A stretch of DNA of 63,974 nucleotides, counting the filler, from Neolecta irregularis DAH-3 (taxonomy: Eukaryota), in assembly GCA_001929475.1 (NCBI GenBank). It is 10 parts of 10 records of this genome, joined end to end, with 100 filler letters (N's around TTAATTAATTAA, not from the genome) between each part and the next. Parts side by side here need not be neighbours in the genome. Positions count along the whole stretch, not along the records: positions 13,731 to 27,442 come from LXFE01000486.1; positions 27,543 to 45,670 come from LXFE01000487.1; 8 more parts are not named here. One strand, written 5' to 3'. This document shows positions 13,981 to 27,839 of this stretch, in pieces. The position numbers and the translations under genes were made by a program. A model generated the notes under the pieces. That model saw nothing but the letters and a program-made list of their open reading frames with translations. It was not told the origin of the DNA and made no database searches. Position 1 is the stretch's first letter, and each line of letters starts with the position of its first letter.

Positions 13981-16900
13981 ATGCTCTCTGGCTGTCCGCT
14001 GCCTGCCGCCGCAGACAACAGTGGTCCAGCTGCAGATTGCCTGTACAGACTCGAATCGCCCCTTTCTAGAGAGTCGACCCCCCCTCTCTTTGCATCAGAC
14101 GACTCCAGTACCGACGACGATGCTCTCCCCACACAATCCATCCGCTCGAATCCCGCGTTCATCGCCCTTGTCGCGAAAAAGAAGAGGGAGCGCGAGCAGA
14201 GAGAAGCCAGAGCCGCAGAGGAGCACGAGGCCCTGGCAAGAGCTAATAGATCCGACCAGGACCTCTCAGACCTCGAGTCCGACCGCATAACCCCGGCTAC
14301 ACGCCGCAAACCACGAGTACAAATTCTTCCTCAATTGCCATGTTGACCTGCATCCAAGAATGCAACCCGGCCAATAAAGAAAGACATCCTCGAAATGCAA
14401 AAAGAAACCCAGCGAATCGAAAAAAGTCTGGCTTTTCTCTACATCACTGATCGTAGATATGGCATTGGCTCCAGTCGCGCACGTGAAAAAAAGATTGACA
14501 ATTCATGATTTCGTGACTAGCTTTAATCAGGAGAGCCGAGATCCCATTCCCCAGATCCATTCGCAACTTTCTTCCATTCCCCAGAGCGATAACCATCCAC
14601 AACTTCCTACCACTCCCCAGAGCGATTACCATCCACAACTTTCTACCACTCCCCAGAGCGATTACAATTCTACCACTCCCACCGATACAACCCTGCACTC
14701 TGTCGACAAGGATGATGATCTCTATGCGGATCCCCTCCCACCTGAAAAACTCGCACAGATTTACATCAGAAACGGAAAAAAACCCCCAGAATTTACTCTA
14801 GATAATCTAGACAGAAAGGACGACACTCCAAAACCCCCAGAATTTACTCTAGATAATCTAGACAGCAATGCCGCCCCTAATCCCCCAGAATTTACTCTAG
14901 ATAATCTAGACAGAAATGCCCACACTCCAAAACTTCCCTCCCATCACAATGAACTAGATACAAAGTCGATATCAGAACAAGCAGATGCACATATCAAATC
15001 AGACCCCCAGAAATCACAAATTGACTCTGATTCAGATCTTGAAATCGAGGGTAAACCAAATCACATCAATCGTATTCAATTCCCACAATCTCAATCGAGT
15101 CTCTACAAAAGACTACACACAATAGCAGGCGTCATATCGCCTGGAAAATCACGTATCAAGAACAGCATTGTTCAGAAAAAAGATCTCGATGCAGAGTTAT
15201 TAAGACGAGCAGGTATTCAAGCGCAAGACTTGAGAAACGCTCGAGAAATCGAATTGAAGAGTAAAGGCATACATATCAAGACCACCGAGGAACGAGCCAA
15301 GGAGGCCTCCGAGGTGGAAAATTTGGTGGAACGTGCTAGACGACAAGCTGAAGAAACGCGAAGACGGGAACGCGAGGATGATGACGACGACGAAGAAACT
15401 GAAGATGAAAATTGGGAAAGCGGGTTTGAAGAGGATGCAGACGAGGTGCGTGATCTTGATACTATCTATTAATATCCAGGATGGAGATGAGGAAAAACTC
15501 CAATTTTCAGGAAGTGAAGAGGACCGATTTGAATCTGTCGATATTTCAACATTGAACGAGGAAACCACCACTCTGGAAAATATTTTGGATGACGAACAGG
15601 AGCAAACCATCAGAATCAAGCGAAAATCTCGGAGAACTACTATAATCGACGATGAAGACGAGTCTTTTGCTCCTCTCGTGGATTCTCATACTGGATTGTC
15701 TCAATTCTTTCAACAGTCAGTGTCGACCGGCAATGCAGATACAGGCGACAAATTTGACAAACTTCGACACCACGTAAGAGTTGTGATACCAAAAGTTAAT
15801 TATAGGTCTTTGAAACTGATTCCCAAGAATTACCTCACTTGTCGATTTTAGAATTGACGACTTATTCAAAGCAAGAGAGTCTCTCTGAGAATCTAGACGA
15901 TGCGCCAATGTTGCAGTATGCAACTCTATCTATTTTCTGACCTGTAGGAATACTCAAATTACAGACACCGATACGCAAGATTCTGCTCGCGTTGTGCCTA
16001 TGCCACCTCGATTTAGTAGACCCGAATCGCCTGAACCCAAAACCAAAAGACTCATTCGTCGGCCTGGAAATCCAGACAATGTCAAAAAGTGCGATCGGAA
16101 ACCCGTGGAAAATGCCTTTGTTGAACAAGAAGCTGCAGAGTCTGAAGATGAATGGGCCGGTCTAGGTGGTGCAAGTGATGACGGCGAAGATGATAATGGG
16201 AGTGACATGGAGGGAATGATGGACGATACAACCCAAAAACTCGATGGGGACAAATTAGCCGCTTTCTACGCGTATTGCATCCACCATTCTCTGCTTACAT
16301 TACAGAAAACGTGATTTGGCTGACGATCAAAGACAAATACAAAAGATTGCCTCTGATGTCAACGGTGGCTTTAAAAGGAAACGGCAATTTGCTCTGGCTG
16401 ATGATTACGAAGATTACGATGATGAAGAGGATCCTGAACTCGTAGAGATGCGGCGCATGCAACGACTTGCGATGCGCGACAAGATGATTGAACAGACGGG
16501 CTTGGCGGGCTTGGCTAATAATCCTAAAAAGGCAGCTTTTTTAAATTCAATCGAAGATCGAGAGAATGATGGAGATGCGTCTTTTCTCGACGTGGAAGAA
16601 ACAACTACATTTCTTCCAGAAATATCTGCCGAGAATACACAAACAGATGAAAACGAACCTGTTAAAAAAAAGCCAAAGATCATGGATTCACAAAGTTTAT
16701 GGGAAATGGTCCATGGCGAAGGAGGAAACACATCTCAACTTGATCAAGTTGAATTTCTCACCGATCTCTCTTCGCGAGATACATTACTAAATGGTATCGT
16801 CGATCGCACGACTCTTCATGAACCCATCATTGATAATCGGAAAATGGCCTTTGGAGCAGTAGACTTCAAATCAACCTTTAAAATCTCCACCAAAAACATT

Positions 16901-17128
16901 GTTCCGCCACGAACCGCGGAAGAAGATGCCGTCAGAGCAAAAGCATTACAAGAAATCACTCGTGGCGGGAGAGTAAATGCGAAGAATGCAAAGAGTTCAG
17001 TAAATTATCAGGCCAAGAAATCAATTTCTACGAAAAAGAGTATCGTGAAACCCGCCAAACAACACGAAATTGAAAAAAAGAGACAAAGGCAAGTTCTTGG
17101 ATTATTCGCAAAGGGAGATTTCGAGTAA
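13981..17128 (+). CDS. MRC1: Mediator of replication checkpoint Mrc1/claspin
   Basis: KKDILEMQKETQRIEKNMALAP in the N-terminal region, and the MRC1 domain FVEQEAAESEDEWAGLGGASDD...KLAAFYA...GGFKRKR. Confidence 0.88.
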
Positions 17129-17202
17129 TGGTTATCGGATATTCGATTTACCTTGTATATATAGGGATGATTCCATTGTATATTTTGAAGCATATTCTTA
17201 AT

Positions 17203-18152
17203 TCATTCTTGCAACTTCCAATTTGTACAGATGGACCATTCTATATCGTCCAACATGAATTTCGAAACAGGCTGCCCCGCAAGTATACATGAATCCACGC
17301 TCAACCGATGTAAACGTTCCTTTCTTGTGGATATTAATAGTAATTTCTGGTCTTCACGACCAATGACAAATGCTTGACCATTTTCAATGACAACTAGCTT
17401 TATCGTAATTCTTTCCTCGTGTTTTTGGTTTGTAAGGGTTACTCGAGATTCTGACTCGACTACCCATGCGCATACGGTCTCGGCAAAGCCGCCTGGAACC
17501 CATTTAGAGCCGCGTTTTCTGGAGGGAGACCAATCTTTTGGTAATACTGTTTCTGGAATTCCAGGAATTGTTGAGAGGGGTTTCAGAGCTTTAAGATATG
17601 AGGAAGCAGGCTTGGATGGTTGACCAAGACTCTGAATTGGAGTAGTGGGCTCCACTAAAGGAGCAGGTTGAACACACGGGGCTCGAGGCAGAGACCGAAG
17701 CGTAGGGAGGGTGAATGTAGTGGAAGATGGTGTTGCAGTGAAAGATGTGGAAGAAGGCGGCGAAGAATCAATATCATCTGCCAGCGTTAGACCATGCTTT
17801 CTCGTGTCGCTGTTTGTATCATCGTTGTCCGTCACAATGTCATCGCCTCGACACGCGAGGAGTCGACGTTTGCGGGGAATGCTAGAATCGCCATCACTAT
17901 CGACGATTTGCTCCAACTCTGGCCGTTTCGGTAGAGGTCGTTGGGGTGTCGATTGGCCACTGCGAGGCGAAGACTGAGGGACGAGAAACCGGGGTTGAGG
18001 AGCGAATGGAGAAGCCTGTGCTCGGGATGTGGAATGGGGATCTGTTACAAAGCGAAAAGGCGATGGTGTCTAGCGGGAGAATAAGAGGGAGGCAGTATAA
18101 ATGGGAACTGTACAACAGGCGGGCGGGGATTGTTGGTTGACTGGCGAGGCAT
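17203..18152 (-). CDS. Uncharacterised fungal protein (SP-RK..KWVPGGFAE motif)
   Basis: MPRQSTNNPRPPV exon, one intron, then a long ORF containing LPKDWSPSRKRGSKWVPGGFAETVCAWV. Confidence 0.6.
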
Positions 18153-18576
18153 TCTGGAAGCGTCATGGCAGTGTGGGTGCCCAAAGGAGCGGTGCAGCTT
18201 GATGGTGGAGCGTTTCATACCAGCGAGCTCCTTGCTCAACAGGACAGTCAAACAGTGCTGCCTCCATATCTATCTACCTGCCCCATATACCTACCTGCCT
18301 TCTGCATATACCTACCTGCCTTCTGCGTTCTTCCTGCTGCAAATATATATTCAGGCAACAATGAGATTTACTGAGGCATACCACCTCGTTCCCGCCGCGC
18401 CCAAACAGGCAGGACGGCTGTTTGGTGTGGCATTGCGCAGGGCAGATCGCATAAAAATAGAGTCTCCTGCCCGCTGCTGCTTTGTTTCTCTCAGGGTCTT
18501 TGTGCAGGTCTCACAATTCGGATACTGGTCTCCCTGCTAGCTTCCCACCAAGAAAATCCAACGGCGATCTCCGAGA

Positions 18577-21500
18577 ATGGACCGCAAAGCTAGATCCGCG
18601 GCCCGCACGGGCCGCCCAAAGCCCCCGCGCTCCACGGCCGTCCTGAACCAGAGCTATCCAGCCAGGATGTACCAGAGCTCGCCGCCCAATCCAAGGAGTT
18701 CCCCGCCGCTGCATTCGTCGCCCATAACAAGAATTGTCTCGCCCATGGATCAGCCATACCGTACGCCAGACCCGCCCGACCATAGACAACACTCCAATCC
18801 AGGCTATGCTGAACATGATCAGTACCACGCGAATCCTTCGTATCCCCAAGACTCATACGAAATGGCAGAGACTCCGTACTATGACCGCAATCAAATAACC
18901 TCCAGTCCCTTCCCTCGAGGCGCAACAGGCTATGAAGATCGTTATACGCCGCAGGACGAGGGTATTCCGCTCATTCAAAACCCCAGTCAAGCGTCTGTTC
19001 TGTTTCAAGGGAATACAGCCGCTGGCCCCGGCTACAACGACTATCCTCAAAATGTGTCACTCGATGACAGGGCTACTCCTCTTTGGAACACTCCGAGTAG
19101 CGACCCTTCAAGTAGTGCCTTTCATTACGGCTCGCCTCTACCCGAGAAACAATTACGACGATATAATACTACAAAACGCGTCGAACTCTATCAAGGAAAT
19201 CTAGTATTCGACTGTCCAGTGTCCCAGCAGCTTTTGCAAACCCTTCCTCGTCGAGACGATCGAGAATTCACTCATATGAGGTATACTCCCTTTTATATAA
19301 TATCACCAATCACCCAGGTACACTGCAGCTACTTGTGATCCAATGGACTTTAAGTCTGAAAATTTTACTCTGCGCCAAGTCATCTACGAGCAGCCTCGTC
19401 CAACAGAGTTATTTATCGTCATTACTATGTATAATGTGCGCCTCAACTCCTAGTTCAACTTTGACATCTTAGGAAGACGAGATTCTCTTTGCTCGTACAA
19501 TGCACGGCGTCATGAAGAACATTGCACATCTCTGCTCTCGAGATAGAAGTAGAATGTGGGGCAAAGAAGGCTGGAGGAAGGCCGTCGTTTGTATCGTCAG
19601 TGATGGCCGAACAAAGATCAATCCGCGAACGCTTAGTTTGCTTGCCGCTATGGGTGTTTATCAAGACGGCGTTGCAAAGAATATTGTCAATGGGAAAGAA
19701 GTTACCGCCCATATTTATGAGGTATATGGTTTTTGCAGGGCTTTCTAATTCACGTGCAGTACACAACTCAAATATCAATTGATCCAGACATGAAATTCAA
19801 AGGAGTAGACAAGGGCATCGTACCCGTTCAAATCCTCTTTTGTCTCAAGGAAAAAAACCAGAAAAAGATGTAATATTCTTATCATCTTCAATGAGCTAAA
19901 AATAGAAACTCTCATCGATGGTTTTTCCAAGCTTTTGGCCCCATTTTGAATCCAAATGTCTGTATTCTGCTTGATGCAGGAACGATGCCAGGTGCTACGT
20001 CAATTTACCATCTCTGGAAAGCTTTCGATATCAACTCTAATGTCGCTGGTGCATGTGGTGAAATCGTCGCATTAAAGGGTAAAGGCGGAGTCAACTTGCT
20101 CAATCCACTCGTTGCTGCACAAAATTTTGAGTACAAGACTGCAAATATTCTCGACAAACCAATGGAGAGTGTATTTGGCTTTATTAGTGTATTACCTGGC
20201 GCTTTCTCTGCCTATCGATACATCGCTTTGCAGAACGATATAACGGGCCGTGGACCTCTTGCAAGCTATTTCAAAGGAGAGAAACTCCATGGTTCAGATG
20301 CTGGGGTATGTTCTATCTGTCAAATCTCTAGGCTAAATTAGCCTTAGATCTTTGAAGCTAATATGTACCTTGCGGAAGATCGTATTCTCTGTTTTGAACT
20401 GGTCGCAAAACGAAAATGCGCATGGGTTTTGCAATATGTAAAGTCTGCTTATGCAGTCACCGATGTTCCCGATCAGCTTCCTGAGCTGATTTCGCAACGT
20501 CGTCGATGGTTGAATGGATCGTTCTTCGCGGCTGTATATGCAATTGTCCATATGTTTGATATCTGGAGAAGCAGTCATGGACTTTTTCGAAAGATTTTCT
20601 TCCATATCGAGTTTCTGTATCAGCTTGTCAGTATGGTGTTTTCCTGGTTTGCGCTGGGAAACTTTTTTTTGGTATGAAAATTGTCTTTGGGTTGCCCTCA
20701 ACAGTATAGACCTATGTCATTCTCACGAGCAGTATGGGACAAGCCTCTATCGGATTCGCTCCTGGAAAATGGATCTTTCAAATAACGGTTTGGATTTACG
20801 CAGCTCTTATCGTAATGTCTTTTGTCTTGCAAGTCTTGAATAATGAAACGATCTAACCATCAGATCAATGGGAAACCGACCACAAGGTTCGAAATTGGCA
20901 TATACTTCTGCATCTATTTTCTTTGCTACACTCATGGGATATATGCTTTTTTCTACAGCTTTTCTTACAACAAAAGCGGTGGGCTCCTCCATGGCATCGT
21001 TCCGAGCAAATGACCCGACCTTTGGCCACAATTTCAGCGACACGATAAAGGCTGTCTTTGGGAATCCCGTCTTTAGAGATCTTGTTCTGTCGCTAACAGC
21101 AACCTTTGGGTGCTATGTTATTTCTTCGCTACTCTTCCTTGATCCCTGGCACATCATTACTTCCATGATACAGTACTTACTTTTATCCCCAACCTATGTC
21201 AACATTCTAAACGTTTATGCTTTCTGTAACACGCATGACGTTTCTTGGGGGACCAAGGGAGACAATGTTGTCAATACGGATCTCGGAGTCGTCAAAACGG
21301 GAAAAGAAGGACATGCGGACCTTGATATGCCTACCGATACAAAGGATATCAATCGAACCTATGCCAAGGCTTTGGATGTTCTCGCTACGTCAGCCCCGCC
21401 AGAGGAACATAAAAGAGATGCAAATACAAAGCAGCAAGATTATTACAAAGCCTTCCGAACAAGGTCTGTTGGTTTTTTCAGGTTATCTCGTGACTAACGA

Positions 21501-21754
21501 TTACAGGGTTGTATTATTTTGGGTCTTTTGTAATGCCGCGCTGGTTGCTGCTATCTTGAACGCAGGCGGAAAAGTTAGTTCCATTGACATCAAAGATTCT
21601 AGCTCGACTTCCGCTATCTATATGGGAGTTCGTACGTTTCCTGATAGAATGACCCAGGACTAATCCAACAGTTCTTTGGTCAACAGCAGGACTTAGTTTT
21701 TTCCGGTTTATTGGATCGGTCTTTTATCTTATCGCGCGGTTATTCAATTCATGA
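18577..21754 (+). CDS. Chitin synthase, division 1, class I-like
   Basis: [66 protein letters not shown]. Start could be 18668. Confidence 0.95.
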
Positions 21755-22072
21755 AATATTGGTAACCTTCAGTGGAGCTTACTTTCATGTTGTCTGGGGG
21801 TTCTATTGGGAAATTTCCTTCATCTTTTGTAATTCAACAATCTTTCTTTAGTGATCTTCAATTCAGCTCTCTATTTATGCAATGGTTTGCGGGCCGGCTT
21901 CAGGTTCGGGCAAAGGAAGGGTAGAAGGGATTTTTATTTGGTTTTTGTAATTGACAATTTTCGAATCGCGCCCGTGTCTATCCCAACAACTGCTTCACCC
22001 TTTGCCCGCCACCGCCATGTTTAAATAAGATCCCCTGTCCCCCTTTTCTCTCTCCCCTTTTCCAGTGCGATT

Positions 22073-24219
22073 ATGAGCATCACCCCGCCAAGGCATTTCC
22101 TCGGAATTCTACAAATCCCCGATCCTGAACTCAATAATGTGGTACCTGGTATGCACTGATAAGCTGATAAGCTTATATTGATCACCCCTGACACTCAAAG
22201 GTACTGTTGTCATGCTCGAGCAAGAGCTTGACCACGAGAATCAGCCTGATATAGCGCTTAAGAAGTCCAGCCAAGGCATAATTTTAAATCCACAACCACG
22301 GGACAATCCAAATGATCCTCTTAACTGGCCAACGTGGAAGCGGGATGTTGCGCTCTTGGTCCTTGGTTTCCACTGTTTAGTCGGCGGTGGTATGCACTTT
22401 ATATCTCCTTTAGAGTAACTTGACACAGGACAAACTCCAATTCTTGCTGCTGGGTTCAAGACCTTGGCAAAGCAGTTTCATGTTTCTATAACTGCCGTGG
22501 CACATACAACTGGGTTTTATATGCTTACGCTTGGTATCGGGTTTGTAAGAGCGTGATGTTTAGAGGTTGACTTGCATAGGAGTGTGTTTGCTAGCCCAAC
22601 TGCTATTATTTACGGAAAACGAATGGTTTACTTGATTGGGATTATCATTTTCTTCATTTCAAGCATCTGGGCTTCTCGTAGTATGTCTCCATCCATTAAA
22701 GAATATCGATTCAAGAGATAGGTCAGTCATACAGTAGCTTGCTGGGTGCTAGAATTGTCATGGGATTTGGAGTTTCTCCAGTAGAATGTCTTCCTAGCGC
22801 TACGATTGCCGAAATTTACTTTCTTCACGAACGAGCTTATCGAGTTGGAATATATACTTTGCTTCTTTTAGGCGGTAAAAATCTCGTCCCTCTTGTCAGT
22901 GCTGCAATCATCAACAGTCTAGGATGGCGATGGGTGTTCTATACTGTCGCGATTATCGTTGGTATGAATTTTGTCTTGACTGTATGTCGCCAGCTTGCAT
23001 ATCAAATAGGCTCACATCAAGTTCCTCTTCGTCCCAGAGACATTCTGGGATAGAAGTCCCAAACCAGACAGTCGAAGTCTCGAGGAGACTCTCAGCGCCC
23101 GCAAATTGAAGCTGAAGCTTGAAAATTTCAAATCTGGCCAATGTCTCCAGAATGAAAAGACTGGCAATCCCACTCTCGTTCCCCCAGGAATACATTTGCA
23201 TTTTGCTGAAGATGAACGGTCTGATAGGCACTCTCAAGCTTTAGACATTCCTTCATTACCGACAAAAGAGGAACCTCAAGAGGCCAGCCATTTCGTTCGT
23301 CCACCAAATACGTCTAATGTCAGAACGCTGTCTGGAAGGTCTAGCATGAGTCTTGGTCCAATTTCAACAACATCTGCGGCAGTTCCTCCGAAAACATTCA
23401 GGGAACAATTAACTGTGTTCTCTGGCCGACATGTGTCGGATTCATGGATCAAAGTCGCACTCCGTCCATTTGTCTTGTTCGCATATCCAGCTGTTCTTTA
23501 TTCGACTCTAGTATATTCGCTCAGTATAGTCTGGTTGATTGTTATGAGTGAAACTGTTGGTCAAGTTTACCAAAATGAGTAAGCTATTGCAAATCACGAT
23601 ATAGAAATTTACAGTCTAGTCCTTATCGTTTCAGCAGTCTCTCAACTGGCCTGGTATATATCAGTCCATTTATTAGTGGGATTCTTGGTACTGCAGTGGT
23701 ACACCTCTAATAATTATTTTTGTCTGATACCAGGCCGGGAAAGTTAGCGATATATTTGCTCGAATACTAACTAGACGAAATCATGGTGTCTACGAGCCTG
23801 AATACCGTCTAATAATGATTCTACCAGTTGCTCTTTCAGTCACTATCGGTTTATTCGGATTCGGTTGGTCAGCACAGCAAAAAGACGCGTGGATCGTGCC
23901 CACCTTGTTTTTCGGCGTCATAAGTTTTGGATGTTCGCTTGGTTCAACCACAGCAATTACATTTACAGTCGATTCATACAGACCGTTTGCGGGAGAAGCC
24001 CTCGTTACGCTTAATCTCACCAAAAATTTAGCCGGATTCGCATTTAGTTTGTTTACAAACAATTTTATCGATCGCGATGGTACGAAGACTGTTTTTTTGA
24101 CTTTTGGTGGAATTCAGCTGTTTGTGTGTTTATTAGGTATACCTATGTATGTTTTCGGAAAGAGAGCTCGTCATTGGACGGACAAAGCAGGTATGATGAA
24201 CTGGCTTTACACGAAATGA
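22073..24219 (+). CDS. MFS transporter (HOL1/DHA1-like)
   Basis: IILNPQPRDNPNDPLNWPTWKRD, ATIAEIYFLHERAYRVGIY, VYEPEYRL, many TM segments. Confidence 0.9.
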
Positions 24220-24441
24220 ACAAGTTTCTGACTGTTTATTCTGCTTTGTATGTTTTCTTTTTACGGGGGTTTTTTCATGATTTATCCGATTGGCGTAATT
24301 GTTTGGATACAATGGATTCGTTGGCATGGAGTTCTTTTTTAAATAAACTTCATTACGAATGCAAGATGAGAAAAAGAAACTGATCTCTCCGACATGTGCC
24401 CCGCCCCTCTACAAACCACCAAGTTTCTTTTGGTGATGTTA

Positions 24442-27427
24442 TTATTTCTTGCGGCAACAACATAGAAAGCAAGATAATTTACCAAGGTATGTGAGACAAC
24501 CCATAAACCTAACCAAAGACAAACCAGCAGTTGCCCAAAGTAAGAAACGAAAGTACGAAGCGGTTCTAGTCTTTGCGCTGTTTTTAAGACCAAACTAGAA
24601 GTGTCAATAATGGATGGTAAAAAAAGTAAACTTGATTATCGAAATTGGCAGAAGTCATGATGACGACTAGAAGACAGTTTGTGAAAATCCACGAGGTGAT
24701 TAATTGTGTTCGGAAAGCCTTGTAATCATCTTCCACGCTAGGTTTATCGTCTTCCGGGGGAGGTTTATATGGCTCCAATGTTCTTTTGACGATAACTTCA
24801 ACTAGACACAGTCAGCTGAACAGTAAATGCGAGGCGGATACATTGACTATCGATATCTTCTTGCGGTTTATCTGCTTCTTCGACAATTGCAGATTTACCG
24901 TCAGCGATTGGTTTAGATGTAGCAGATGGCAACGCTTCGACTTTGTCGCTTCCCTTGGTTCCCCATGAAACATCGTGTGTATTGCAAAAAGCGTAGACGT
25001 TGAGGATATTCACGTATGAAGAAGCGAGTACGGTATACTGAGGGAAACTTGTAATCATGTGCCAAAAATCAAAGTATAAGAACGAAGCGATAAAGTATAA
25101 TCCAAATGTAGCGACTAACGCCACCAGGATAACACCATTGTTTGAGGCGAAAAAGTTGTGTAGAAAGGATAACGTGCCGTTTTGTGTTTTGATGTTGAAA
25201 TTGGAAAAGGCGAGAGCGACTAGGATGAAGGAACATACGATGAGATATATGTTTAGAATCCCGAAAACCGCAAAAGAGATATAATACGTGTATTTGGAAC
25301 TACAAGTTAAACAGGGCTATCATTATGTTTTACCCCTTTGGTCGATTCCCGAGAGCCAAGATAAATTGCAGGATGAGGAAGCCGAGGTAAAGATATTTTA
25401 AAACAACGTTGATATCGTTTGTCGCGCTACCAAAAAGAGGTTTTTGATTTTCTGTTAAATCTATGACGACGGAGAACGTAAGCCACATGTTTGCAAGGTT
25501 AAACTATTTCATTAGTAAGAAAAGCATGACAAAAGGCACCCAAGAAAAGAAGATGTTTATGATATTGTAGACACACTGAATGTGGAAAAAAAACATTCGA
25601 ATGATATTGTGAGATGATTGCCACAGTCGGAAGAAGTGGAGTAATGAATAGACCGAGGCTGCGAATGAACCGTTGAGCCATCGTCTTCGCTGGGATATGA
25701 ATTCAGCCGCTCCTTCGGGGACATCGGTTTCAGCTTTTGAAGCCTTAATATAGGACAATTTCCATTGGGCGCCAGCTTTGGCGACCAGTTCAAAGCACAA
25801 GATGCGATCTTCGGCCAAAAACATATTCTTTTTAAAGATGTTCATTCCTTCGATACCCTTTTTGCCTAGTTTACTGGATAGTGTGTGGTCGCCGTGAAAG
25901 TATTGTTCGAGTGGGCGACCTTGGATTGCTCTATAGCGATATGCGGAGAAGGCGCCGGGCAAGACAGATACATAACCAAAAGAGGACTCTAGTGGTTTAT
26001 CGAGAATATTGGAGATCTTGTATTCAAAGTTTTGCGTCGCGACAAGAGGATTGAGGAGTTTTCTGCCTTTTGAGAGCATTGCATGAATTTCGCCGCAACA
26101 CCCGCCAAGGTTTTTGTCATTGTAGAATGCCTGCCAGAGGTAAAAAATGGACTTGTTTCCGGGTTTCGTTCCGGCATCGATGAGCAAACAGATTTCTGGA
26201 TTCAAGATTCTGCCGACGGCGTTGAATAGCCAGCGATGAGAATTGATCTTTTTCGAGTTTTTTTGTTTCAAGACGACCATCATTTGTACTGGGGGAATGT
26301 TGTTTGGATCCCCTTCGACGGGTCGAATGAGTTTCTGACTGGGAGTAACAGAGATTTGGGATGTATCTAAAGGTTGGAAAAAGCTGGCAATGGTACATGC
26401 ATTCAAAGATGTGTGCTACTGTTTCCTTTTCGTCTATTTTCTTTTTCATTACGCCGTCCTGGAAGACGCCGACCGTGGCGAGGAGATCCAAGGTGCCCGG
26501 GTCACATGCTAAGACTTTTAGGGTTAACCCCAAAGGAGACTCACGGTCGATTCCGTCAAAGATCAAGCAGACTACGATTTTTTGCCATGCAGGGACGCCT
26601 TTATTCCAGAAAGAGCTCTTTTGCATGTTGCATATATCTTTGATGTTTTGAATTACACCGTGGAGGGTACGCGCCATCAAGATTTTGTCTTCCTATGACG
26701 TCAGAGGTAATGGTGCGATAGGCGGACATTATAAGTTGTGATAGCGATGAGCAATTCTGTTTCTCTGTTGTACATTTGTGGTCTGAGAGAGTAGCCTGAG
26801 AATGAGAGTCGAAGGGCCAAAGGAATACCATTCTTAAGGGTGAACTCGTCTGGGTCGTGTGAAGCGGCGGTGTCTGCGGTCAAGGGGTGGGGGGATAGAG
26901 GGAGCATACATCTCATGTGAGTGAACTCTTCGCTCCCGCCTTCGAGGTTTTCTGATCTAAACTTTGTTTCTATGGCATTTTTGATGGCAGAGGGGACGCT
27001 ATGGGGGGATTGACACGTGAGAACGGGGGGACGCTTACGGATAGTCACAAGTGAAGACTTGGCCCTGGACGAGCTTTACCTTTCTGGTGAAGCCTCTAGC
27101 GAGGGGCTGGCTGCGGCGTCTCCAGGCCTCGCCCTCTGAGACCTGGGAGCCGCTGTAGGAGGAGTAGGGGCGCGGGGGGTCTGCGAAGCGGGGATGGAGC
27201 TGGGCGTCAGGGTCGATGAAGGATTCTCTGAGGGTGTAGCGGGAGGGGGTTGGGTTGGCGGTGAGGGGGATCTGGTCGGCGTAGGCGCCTTGAGCGGGGG
27301 CGGGGACGTAGTCTGCGGTGTATTCCGAGGTGTCTGACTTTGCATCGTCGTCGAGGGAGTAGGGCGGGGCGTCTCTGGGGGGCTCGAGGGGGCGGTAGTG
27401 GGAGGCACGGGAGTTGTCAGAGGCCAT
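24442..27427 (-). CDS. Chitin synthase, class III-like
   Basis: [57 protein letters not shown]-terminal CCCRKK. Confidence 0.95.
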
Positions 27428-27839
27428 TGGCGCGGGGGGCAGNNNNNNNNNNNNNNNNNNNNNNNNNNNNNNNNNNNNNNNNNNNNTTAATTAATTAANN
27501 NNNNNNNNNNNNNNNNNNNNNNNNNNNNNNNNNNNNNNNNNNGGGGGGGGATGGAGTTTTCCTCATCTTGTATGCTGTCTCAAAGCTAACTTCAAACTAG
27601 TGAACACGGGGAAAAACAGATACTATCTCGGATTTTTGGGGTTTGCAGCCCATTAGGGGGTGCTCTTTATTTTGTGGTTTATTTTGTAAACGGACCATCT
27701 AAGACGCAAATACCGGCACATTTGTATAGGCTTGGCGCGCCATATGTCTGGGCATCGTCACCTCGTATATATTTAGTATTTTCTAATAATTACCTGCTGA
27801 GGGGAATATCACGACAGGACAACTTGATTTCTAGATTCC

